64,000 nt of DNA, taken from Marsupella aquatica (Eukaryota; Plantae; Marchantiophyta). The notes under the pieces are model-generated. The model ran no database searches. It worked only from the letters and a program-made list of their open reading frames with translations, and was not told the DNA's origin. Shown here piece by piece: positions 53,398 through 64,000 of this stretch. The position numbers and the translations under genes are program-made. Each line of letters opens with the position of its first letter. Position 1 is the stretch's first letter. The DNA lies in the NCBI GenBank assembly GCA_973895155.1, contig OZ316892.1:11286238-11350237 (forward strand). Reading direction: 5' to 3'.

Positions 53398-56300
53398 ACA
53401 ACATTATAGAAACGTCTATTGAGAACTGAAGTTGAATCAGCATAAGCCATTGAGTGAGTATCTTATTTCTTCACTTAATGTCGAAGCCAAGGACTCTACC
53501 AGAAATACACTAGTGTACTTTAGTCGTGAGTGTTGGTCAGTACAGCAAACCTAAGACAGAGCAATCAAAGGACGGGTGTGTGGGAGATCCTCACATGGAT
53601 GCAATTGAGATAAGATCCCACAAGTGAATTTGTTTACAAATTAATCAAGATTGTTATCTCAATTTGTTTACACATTAATCAAAGGACGGGATGTGGGAGA
53701 TCCTCACATGGATGCAATTTGTGTAAACTGTATATTGCGCATGTTCTGCCCCGCAGTTATACTCATGCGAACGCAGAACACGCTTCACGAAGAAGTGCGT
53801 GAATTGTATGTCCTGTTTCCGACTGTTATGGTAGAACAGGAAGAGAGAGCAGGCTTCACTAAGGAGGGGTTTTTTTTTACAAGACCGACCTTGTTGCAGT
53901 TTGAGGGTCTTGTTACCAAATCTAATCTACACTCCATTCAACATCCTAAGAGAGTATACCAGGAGGGAGAGTTTGGAATCATTTTTTGGCCCAAATGTCT
54001 TGTAGAGCGCATTGAAGCAAATATATATCACTGTGCCACAAAACTAAAACTCGTGAACCTTCTTATGCTAATCTATACGCCAATGAACTCCTAAAGATAG
54101 TAGACCATCCTAAAGATAGTATAAGGGGGCCAAAGGAGAGTGTGGAATCATTTTATCGCCCCAATGTTTTGAAATTGTAAGTGCAAGCTAAAGTAATTTG
54201 CTATGAGACAAGCTGAGTACCCACTCCACCTAATAGTCACATAGTTCTTTAACAGGGGCCTTCTGGCTTTGACAAAAAGAATATTGGATGAGGGGCATGT
54301 CGGTCCACTTCTAATTTAACAGGCCCAAGATAAGAATGGACCAAGAGGCCAGAGACTGCCAAAAAGTCCAAAAACCTATTAGCCAAGTTCCCACCCAGCC
54401 ATAGACCCCATTAGCTAGAATCCAACTGACATCCTTAAATCTAGGGATATAGGGCCCTTCTTGCTTTGACAAAAGAAGATCTGATGAGGGGCATGTGGGT
54501 CCCACATCTAATGTAAAAGGCTCAAGATAAGAATGGACCAGGGCTGGCTATGTGATAGTTCACTTGAGTGGAGATTGAAAAGTCTTAGGTTAACTGTTGT
54601 GACTTACTTTTCCCTTTCAGTGGGGTTTCAGAGATTTCCCCTTTTTAATATTTTTTTTAAAGGAATGAACCAAGACGCCAGAGACCCCCATTAGCCAGTT
54701 TCCCACCCAGCCATAGACCCCATTAGCTAGATCTATGAGACATCCTTAAATCTAGGGATATCTCATGGCCAGAAAACAATTCACAAAATAAAAAAATAAG
54801 GAATATTTCTAGAATCTTCTCCTTCACACAAGCTGACATTCTCGGCATTGGCAAAAAAGGAAAAACCTTAAAGAATAAGTTGGTGTCAATGAGTGAACTA
54901 GAAAAAAATGTCACGGTCTATGGGGTTGCATGGTTCATGGGCTCAATAGGGCATATCAAAGCTTGGCAATAAAAGGATAATGTCTTCCCTTAACTCAAGA
55001 TTTATGGAAATTCCCATAAAAGTTGTGGGAGAGTACTTGTGGCTACTGCAAGGAAAGCCTGTGTGCTTAAAACTTAACCTCTAACCTTAACAACTTTCTG
55101 GTAACTCTAGATTCAAATTCAGAAATCTGGAAGGCATGTGGGCTTTGGGCCTGAGGTGGTGGTGGTTGCTGCATTTGGTGTGGGGGCTGGCCAAGAGTAA
55201 AGGAAAAGGGATACATGCCAGGCTCAGGTGACAGAGGCCGTAAGCCCTCCCTTACAAGGCTGGTCAATACTACTCCCCTCCATCGGTCCCGTAACCATAG
55301 TTAGGGGATGGTATATAAATCTTTAAGTGTCAGCCAGCTTTGAGAGGCCCTAATGGCATGCTCTTCAATAAATCTAACTAATAAAGATCAAGCAAAAGCT
55401 AATGCTTGTGGGTCTCTTAGTAGATTGAAGTTTTTAGACCACGACTCTAAGGGGATAACTGACTGTGCGTACAAAAAGCAACAATGAAGGCAAGATGAAA
55501 GGGGAATAATAAGGAAAGGATGGCAACAAGGACAAACAGGAAATAATGAGGAAATGTTTTTGTACACCCTTGTTTTTCTCATATCTATTCTTTTCAAAGA
55601 AGTGGTAATCATGTTACACTGTTCACCCTAGTGATTAGTGTTAGTATGGTCTCAAGAGTGGAAAATAGTGGAAAAATAAACTATTTTGAAAAACCAACAA
55701 GGATTACTCTTACTTTGGACAAGATCATCCATTTTTTTCTTGCACTTTCAACAAAAGTGGGAAAAACTTATTATGAAAATTAGTCCAAAATTAGTGTTAC
55801 TTGAACTCAAGATTACTTTTATAACCCAAAAAGACATGGGTGTGTGGTAGTTGACTTGATTCAAGACTCATAGGTCTAGAGTTCAAATGTAGTGATTAAC
55901 TGTTTACTTTCTAAGGTTTCACATTTTCTTTTTAAAACTATTACTTTGACCAAAATAAATTTACTGGAAACACTAATTCCGACATAACACCACTTACGGT
56001 GAACGAACCTTATGGTTACATTAAAATAAAAATACAAGGACCAAAGTCAAGAAGGCAAAGCGTGATTCCTTGAAACTCCCGGAACTCGACCCAGATTTTT
56101 CTCCAGTTTTCTTCATGCACGCAATCTGACGAGTGGGTGTAGACAAGCCTTGCAGAACGAGTCCTACTGTGACCCCTCTGTTACTTCTCTTCGTCTCCTT
56201 CCTTCCACGTGTTTCGGCGTGTCCTCTCGCTCCAAAATCAGGGGATGGAATGATCATCAGCATCACAGCGTTTCGATGCTCAGTCCCTTGATTCATTCCG

Positions 56301-56866
56301 CTGGACCCTGCCTTCTCCGTTTAATTACTCATTTTTCTCTTCCCATCGAAACCCCTAGAAGCCCATCTCGAGGGCCGGCATCGTCCCTGTCTGCTATGTC
56401 TGTAGTTTGAAGTGTCGTGAGCGAATTCGGTTTTCTGGTCGAATTCGGACGTCAGTGCTTCAACTGAGGGTTTTTGGCAACTTGGAATTGGGGATTGTCG
56501 ATTTGTGCGTTGGCGTGGCTTTGCTCTCGTTTCTCGCTCGGGGACGGATTTCAAGGACAAGTCGGCTGTGCGTTTCAATTTTCGCCGACCAGATTGGGGG
56601 CTCTCTCTCCGTTAGTTTTGTGGTGATTTTTGCGGATTGACTGCTGAGGTTTGGGTGGAGCTTTTCGGGCGCTTCTGTCGATTAGGTTGTTTTTGCCCTG
56701 TTCGCACTCCGACCTCACTTATCCTGGAAAATCTCTGTTGCGGTGGTCTTCTGGAGGACATAGAAGAACAAAGTCTTTCCAACGTTTCTTCGCCGATCAG
56801 GTCAAGCCCCGAAGATCTCTACTGAATTATCGCAATTCCTTAGGCACTGGTGTATTGGTGGGGAAA

Positions 56867-58585
56867 ATGGGAACGGATCAATGGACTGCCATTGGACAAG
56901 AGGCGGACCAAGATGTGGCTTCGTCGGAAGCGGCCGATCTGAAGGGAGAAGAGCAGCGCGCTTTGCTGAAGAATGGAAAGGCTAACAACGATAGTGTCAT
57001 CTCAGTGGCGCCTTCCGGTTTTGGCTACAACTACGGCGATAGGCCCTACAGGGACGTCGGATTTTCTATTGCATTCGCCCTTTTCGTGACGGCAAGCCTT
57101 GGAGTCGGAATTTTTGCCGCTTTCAACCGGAACTCCGACTACAATTTGCTGGGATCAGTAAGTTACACTCGTGATCGAGGTTGCACACTTCCGCAAGGAT
57201 TCCATGAGACTGCCAGCTCGAAATCACTGTCGTTTCGGAACTTATGGAGCGTGGACGAGCAATCGGACACAGAGCCGGACATTTGGCAAATTATTTTATA
57301 TGTAGTCCTGGCCACGTTCATTCTGATGGCACCCGTGGGCTTTGGTCTCCTTTATATTCTACGGAAATTCGCGAGGGAGCTTTTTTACATAACAATCCCA
57401 CTCTTTGTGATTTTTCCAGTTGCCACCGCTATTGCGTTTTTCGTGTCTTGCAGTAGGAGTGCAGCATGCCAGAACACGTTCGATCCCACATACCGGTACT
57501 GCGCTTTGGGTTTTGTGTTAGTCATGGAGGTGTTTTACGTGTGGATCCTGTGGCGACATTGGGACCGAGTTGAACTGACCATCCGAATCATCAGAACGGC
57601 TTCTGAAGCCCTGCACCAGAATCTCGGGCTTCTGCTTGTGTTGCCTGCTCTTAATGTTGGCTATTTATTGTACCTCATCCCGGCTGCGTTTTGCCTGTTT
57701 TTTGCTTACACCAATGGGAAGATCATTACAAATCCTGAATTGACACAGGATCCTGATCTCGTTTGCGGAGGCACATCTGGCCGAGCTTGTTGCGTGTGGG
57801 AGACTGATAGCTGGGTACCGGCATACTTTGTTTTGGCCGTCTTCGCTATGCTATGGGGATCTGTCATCATGGCTGAAATTCACGTGTTCACTATCAGTGG
57901 AACTATTTCACAGTGGTATTTTTCTGCAACACATTCGTCAACTGTCGGGACCACGAAAAGATCTCTGTCGCATGCTGTGGGCCCTTCTTTCGGGACGGTT
58001 TGTCTCTCAGGCCTTGTGGTCGCCTTCATACAAACCATTCGAAGTGCCATCGACAGCTCTCGGTCAGGCAGGGGTGAAATTGGGTTTGCAGCCCTTATTG
58101 TTCGTGCTTGCCTTATGTGCCTCCTCTCTGCAGTCGAGTTTCTTACTAAATTCACCACCAACTTTGCCGCCATTACAGGAGAAAGCTTCTGTGCATCAGC
58201 TCATATGACGTATGATCTCTTGAGGCGGAATTTGTTGTCGACGTTGGTTGTGGAATCTGTCGTTGGGCGTTTGCTGGGCCAGGCCATTATTGTCATCGCT
58301 ATCGTGTATGGTTTCCTGGTGTGGGGAGCAGTTACTCTGTTTGTTCAAGACGGGAAGTATCTCGTGTATCCCAGCTTGTTTGCCTTCGACGTCCTGCTTT
58401 TCTTCCTGATCTACTGCGTGAAGGTTCTTCAAAATGTTGTTGATACAGTTTACATCTGCTTTGCCATGGATAAGGACCACAATGAGGTGTCCCAGCCCGA
58501 AGTTCATGATGTCTACGTCCTTCTTCCTGCTGCTGATGATGGGACAGCTTCACTTGCTGTATCGAAACCTTCGACAACATTATAG
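56867..58585 (+). CDS. Choline transporter-like (CTL/SLC44) protein, copy 2, 572 aa, intronless CDS
   Basis: First ATG at 56867 (MGTDQW). Colinear close paralogue of 51703-53397 with the same CTL motifs. Candidate 5'UTR acceptor CCTTAG at 56843. Confidence 0.92.
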   Translation: MGTDQWTAIGQEADQDVASSEAADLKGEEQRALLKNGKANNDSVISVAPSGFGYNYGDRPYRDVGFSIAFALFVTASLGVGIFAAFNRNSDYNLLGSVSYTRDRGCTLPQGFHETASSKSLSFRNLWSVDEQSDTEPDIWQIILYVVLATFILMAPVGFGLLYILRKFARELFYITIPLFVIFPVATAIAFFVSCSRSAACQNTFDPTYRYCALGFVLVMEVFYVWILWRHWDRVELTIRIIRTASEALHQNLGLLLVLPALNVGYLLYLIPAAFCLFFAYTNGKIITNPELTQDPDLVCGGTSGRACCVWETDSWVPAYFVLAVFAMLWGSVIMAEIHVFTISGTISQWYFSATHSSTVGTTKRSLSHAVGPSFGTVCLSGLVVAFIQTIRSAIDSSRSGRGEIGFAALIVRACLMCLLSAVEFLTKFTTNFAAITGESFCASAHMTYDLLRRNLLSTLVVESVVGRLLGQAIIVIAIVYGFLVWGAVTLFVQDGKYLVYPSLFAFDVLLFFLIYCVKVLQNVVDTVYICFAMDKDHNEVSQPEVHDVYVLLPAADDGTASLAVSKPSTTL

Positions 58586-60139
58586 AAACGTCTACTGAGA
58601 ACCGAAGTTGAATCAGCATTAACAGGGAAAGCCTTTGAGTGAGTATCTTCTCTTCTTCACCTATTGTGGAAGTCTTGAGGAGTCTCACAGAGGGTGAATT
58701 ATGCCATGGTGTACCTTAGTGGTGACTGTCATTGAGTCCAGCAACCTCAGTCATCGCAATCGAAGGACGGGTGGCTGGAAGAGCCTCACATTGGTGTACC
58801 TTAGTCGTGACTGTCATTCAGTCCATCAACCTCAGACATCGCAATCGAAGGACAGGTGGCTGGAAGAGCCTCACATTGAATGCAACTGAAACCGTATGAA
58901 CTTTTCTAGACTGTATATGGAATATGTTCTGCCACGCAGTTACACTCATTTGAATATAGCAACACGCTTCACCGGGAAGTGCGTGAATTGTATCCGCTGC
59001 TGCGACTGTCATGGTAGAACTGGAACAGAGAGCAGGTTTCACTAAGCTTGGACAAGGCGAACTGTTTACGTTGATTGTCCAGTGTCTTGACCAGGTGTAC
59101 TAGATTTTTTTATGAGTAGGAGACGGTCTTCCCCGTTGTAACTATGGGATTTGTATAGAAGTATCAGTTGTGCCCTAAAGTGAGTCATATGCAACTCAAG
59201 TGTCAGTTCGGTATAGTTTTTGTTTGCTATTGAGTGCCCGACAGTTCTAGGGTGTTCTCTACTCCAGACGGTAGTGGGCAGGTTGTATATACCACGGAAC
59301 ATGGCACATGCTTCAGGTTCTTTGAGGCTGTTAGGCATGATTCAGCTCTGCCCAGACGAGCAATAAGTGCTGTACAATTTTTCCATGCTTGTGTAAGAAA
59401 TATGTTTTGAGGAGGCCGGCTCGATGGATTTCTTTAGGTTGGCTCTCTGATGCAAAGTGAATAATACGTCCTTCTCTTCTCTTGTATCATATTTGCGATG
59501 TCCTAAACACAAGTGCATTTCAGTCTTCGGATGGAGACGTGTTTGGACGCGCTTACAACTTTTGCACACTTGGGTTCTAATCAACAACTGGACCACCGAG
59601 TGAATGCTGTGATAGGATTTTCTAGTCACCCCTAGTTGTTGCTGTCTCTTTTTTCAGTGAGTTCTTAGTTCTCAGCTACATTAGCTTTGGCTCGTAACGT
59701 AGCTGAGAGACTCTTGCTCATCGATTTGCTTAAGTTTGCAATCAGTCTCACATTTGTAATTTATGGACACAAATTGTTCCCAGCTTAGGTAGACCCCCCA
59801 AGACGATGTGCATAAGCCCGACTTCACCTACTAACGTCAGCATTGATGGAAGCAAGCTGATTAGCAAGGTCGCCTATTGTCTTGTTGTACTCTCTCGAAA
59901 GAAGTACCTTGCGTCATTGAGCAACGTTGTAGCTTTCGTTCCATGTAAGAAGACTTCCACCTAAACGCTGTTATAATGATTTCTGCAGCCTACTTTATAA
60001 TTATCAAAGTTCTCAATGGTGAGTATAACAGGATATATGGGGACTTCACCATTCCAAGATTTCATAGTTCGTGCATCAGTTTTACAGAACGATGTCTCGA
60101 AGAAAACTAGTACAGTGACTGTGTGTAAGTGCAGCCCCC

Positions 60140-60460
60140 CAGGAAGATACCCCAAGCCTGCAGTTTTCCACTTTAAACACTTCATCATAAGTGCATGTTG
60201 CCCTTCTCCATATGTGCTTGTTCCACTTTCCAATAAGTGCATATGAAGTCGTGAAGATACCCCAAGCCTGCAATTATCCATGTCAAGCACTTCATCATGA
60301 GTGCATGTTGCCCTTCTCCATGTGTGTCTGTTGCACTTTCCAATAAGTGCATATGAAGTCCCAAGCCTGCAGTTAACCATGTCAAGCACTTCATCATAAG
60401 TGCATGTTGCCCTTCTCCATACGTGTCTGTTGCACTTTCCAATAAGTGCATATGAAGTAG
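60140..60460. repeat. ~105-bp tandem repeat x3 (ATAAGTGCA family)
   Basis: CCCAAGCCTGCA...CACTTCATCATAAGTGCATGTTGCCCTTCTCCAT...CACTTTCCAATAAGTGCATATGAAGT units. The same motif is dispersed at 44940-45480 and 50600-50870. Confidence 0.9.
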
Positions 60461-60644
60461 CTTATGCATTTTCACAAAATAATGTCTTGTCATGCCATAC
60501 AGAACTTCTCATACCCAGAATACTCATAGTGCACAATTCAAGTGGTAGGTGCATGAATCTACAATGTGTAGTTGTCTGTTGTAGTGATCCATAAATACTT
60601 CTAACATGTGTTGCAGTAATTGGTTAATGCATCTGTACTCTTAT

Positions 60645-61020
60645 GAACTTAAAGCCGGAATAGACACAAAGGTTTGTAGGGACACCCTGGATGGACACAG
60701 CTTGTTGACACTGTAACACCAATCCCTAATGACATCCAAAATGGATTACAGGTGTCTTATGAACGGAAGCTAACCGAGATTTAGACATTACTTTAAGTAA
60801 GTTTAACCTCCTCCGTTGCTCCTGCCTGGACAGACTACAGGAAGAAACAACCAAAAACCTCCTGCTCCTGGTCAGACAGCTTCTTACAGGTCACCATTGG
60901 AGCACAAGTGAAAAACGTGTTATACAAGCACAATCTTAGGTTTGTTCTGTGTCCATCCAGGTTGTGTTTGTCTAACGGGGCTTTTTCTCAAACATTTGTG
61001 TCTATCCCAGCTTTAAGTTC
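60645..61020. mobile_element. MITE with ~26-bp TIRs
   Basis: GAACTTAAAGCCGGAATAGACACAAA ... TTTGTGTCTATCCCAGCTTTAAGTTC, plus inner inverted CCTGGATGGACAC / GTGTCCATCCAGG. Related decayed copies at ~11990-12185 and ~30405-30950. Confidence 0.8.
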
Positions 61021-62587
61021 CTACAATAAAGCATCTTACTTACTTTATAAATAAGATACATGGATATCTATTGTGGACAACCTGCACTCACAAACTGTGC
61101 ATTTTTTGGTGCATTTACAAAAGAATTTGTTGTATTATTGAGGGACCTCATGACCACCATGCAGTCGCCAAACGCAGTTATACATGCTGCACTTATCCAC
61201 AGTAAATTGTATATAGTATAGCATGTAGCATGTTAGAACATGCTTAATTTTTTTTGTCTTGTAGTGATGTGTAAATGATTATTGCATAGTACTGAACAGG
61301 ATTGAGTAGGAAAAATACAGCACATGCCAAATAAAAACATGTTTGAAAAGTTGAGCACATAAGGTACAGATTCATACTTGCTTTAATGACACTCAAATGA
61401 GTCAACAATTGTGCACATAGGGTACCAAAAATACTCCCTTGCCTAGAAACCATAAGCTTGGCAAAAGATTGAGGACTTAAAGAAGGTGGAGGAGTCCACT
61501 TCTCAAAGTACCAATTCTCTCTCATTCACTAGAATTGCAATAAATTCCATAAAATCTGCTAAGGGTGCAAATGCATTGAAAACTAAATGTAGTTAGAAGG
61601 AGAGCTCTAGCATAGGAAGATAAAAAACACTTCGAGGTGTGCCAAAGTAATCTAAATGTATATTAGAAAAGTGAAGCACTTTGTTATGGCATGTTGAAGT
61701 TGAAATATATGACAAAAATTCTTATCAAGACAAAACACTAAAAGGTGGATTGACCATATTGCAGTGTAGTTATCCACAATATATATCCATGCATCTTACT
61801 TATAAGTGTCAACTACAATTTAGAGTTGGGGCCTAGTCTTAGAGAGTGAAACCTCTAGACCCTAACTCCATGGCTCATCATGTGGATGTGAAAACTCATA
61901 ACTACATGATGTATGTCAAATTATAATCATGCATGCTTTTTCATGATTTCTATTTGCACTAAAAAGTGGGTTCTATGGCCCCACCACAAAGTATGCACAT
62001 AGAAAGAGGGATGCCCATAGGAAAGAGTATGGTATGTTATAAATGTATGATTATTAAGATGATGATATACATGATAATTTTTTACGGACCCACTAGACAT
62101 CCCTTCCAAAATTCAAGGCTCCACAACGCGCCATGTCATCATGACGCGCTGCAAACAGATACGGATTGGTTTACAAAATAAAATTACTTCACCTTTCGTG
62201 TTTGTGGCAGGATTTTGGTAAAATTGAGGATGCCATGCCGTAAACCTTGATGTAAAAATGTTTCAAAAATAACCGTTTTATTTACCCTAAGTAACCAATT
62301 GTGCATTTAGAAGGAGGCCCACCCTGATTCGCCATTGATGAATATACTTGGATGAATTTTGTGTGTGAGTTTTGGGATGAATGTTCTCCTTCGGGCATTT
62401 GGATCGGTTGGATCGGTTGGATGGATTTTATGACCAGTTAGTGGAAATTCTGAAGGTAATTCTTTCCATTTTGTTGCGCGGAAGTTGGTGGGATGGCAGT
62501 GACAAGGAATTCGATGAAGAAAACACAACTTTGATCACTTTCAAGGATGCAATGTTGCAGCTTTGGGTGCTCATTTCTCTTGGCAAA

Positions 62588-64000
62588 TTAGTCGTCATGA
62601 CGGCGTTCATCGCCCTCGTCATCGTAGCTGTAAGTTTTGTGGCAAATTTGGTCATCCATAAAGGATGTGATTGCATAGCAGGACAAAACTTATGGGATAT
62701 GCTGTAGTCTATGGATGAGTTGCAAGATATCGGATAGGTAGGTTGCTAAGCCATTTCCAGTCATCTTTTCAGGAAATCCTTCATTTTAACAGAGCCAATG
62801 TCCACACTAACAGACTCAGAAACAACTGAAGCTAAAGCGGTGGAAATGAGAAGCTACATCGATCCCACGAGTGGTACCTCTCTGCAACAAGCTTAGGATC
62901 AAACTTTGTCGGATCACGTACCTCCCTTTTGTAAGCAAATGTCTTCATTCCTGCCTATTATTATGACTCAATGAAATTTTCAAGGTTGTCGCATATCAGT
63001 TCTCATGTTTGATAATCCCTACGTCATGTCAAGTAGTTAGATGATTCTCTTGAACCCTAAACTAATTCGGACGGGGATGAAGAGCGGATCAAAGCAAGGA
63101 CTCAAAACCGAGATCGGCAGAGACTAGATCGTAGTGCTCTTATGTACCCTCTTCCTAATGGTGTTGCTTACTTTTCATGAGTGTCCAGTAAGTATTTCCA
63201 GTAGACAAAACTATGTCCAGTAATTTTGATGATCGAGTTCTTTTTTAAGTCATTAGGATCAGGGTGTTAGATGTGCCTGAGCTAGAGTACCTCAAATTAT
63301 AAATCGAGCATTGGTAAAGCACTTTTGTAACTTAGTTCAAACTAATATATTGTCTTCATTACATTCAGCACTAGCAGATCTTTGTGACTCATTGAATCAA
63401 GACAGGAAAACATTGTCGAGTACGTGTGCATGTACTACATTCGGGATTCAGAAGAGACCACCTGCACACAGGTGTCGCAAATAGCGGGGGCAAGTAGGGA
63501 TTGGGATAAAACACAATTATGCATACAAGGGATGCCGAGTAAATTGTCGATCAATCCTCGGTGAATGCAAAGTCAATTCAACAACTGGCATGGCCGGGTG
63601 ATTCCCAGGGACTTGTACGCGACCAGAGTGATCGATGGAATTGATCTTCTCGAGACTATAAGAATTGAAATCAACAATTTGAAACAGAGAATCTTGCCAT
63701 CAGAGAATCTGATCAACATTCCACATCCTAATCTTTGAGAACTGCGATTGGAGGTTATAAGCGCATCAGTATATTTGCTTAAAAGGTAACCAAGGTAATT
63801 GCAAATTAACAGTCGGTGTCATTCTATCTTTTTCAATACAAGAGCTCGATCAGATTAATTGGTGATGCAAGCAATGTCAAACTTTAATTGACTGATTCTA
63901 TTATAGTGATGCCATTTTGAGCTCAGGTTCAGCAAAAAGTTCGAGAGTCCATTTCATTCTCACAAGGGATTCAACAGCGGATAAGTAATTATGACATGAA
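62588..64000 (-). pseudogene. Decayed coding-like sequence of unknown origin (possible endogenous viral or transposon-derived ORF)
   Basis: Long protein-like stretches broken by stops and frameshifts, with no obvious introns, ending in YSYDDEGDERRHDD*. Family not identified. Confidence 0.3.

Noticed and set aside
55838-55895. tRNA-like GGTGTGTGGTAG...GAGTTCAAAT
   Set aside because: Stems do not pair; at best a decayed SINE-like remnant.

Overview
Eukaryotic nuclear DNA from a land plant. The microsatellite-rich UTRs, GT-AG introns and protein families look bryophyte/liverwort-like, which is an inference and not proven. Five protein-coding genes can be reconstructed by hand with consistent splice phases: (1) a class A GATA zinc-finger transcription factor (-, 2 coding exons, long ATG-free spliced leader); (2) a plastid-type 2-Cys methionine sulfoxide reductase B (-, 3 exons); (3) a 390-aa uncharacterised protein (-, 5 exons) whose C-terminal domain looks like a Rad52/RecT/Sak-type single-strand annealing fold; (4,5) two tandem, intronless choline-transporter-like (CTL/SLC44) paralogues (+). 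About 26 kb upstream of the GATA gene has no recognisable gene. It is filled with decayed LINE 3' ends, solo LTRs, MITEs and minisatellites, punctuated by CpG-rich islands. A decayed L1-type LINE lies at ~38.8-40.9 kb, and an unidentified decayed coding stretch (possibly an endogenous viral element) lies at the right edge. No tRNA, rRNA or CRISPR array was seen. All homology calls are from recall and visual alignment; no searches were run.
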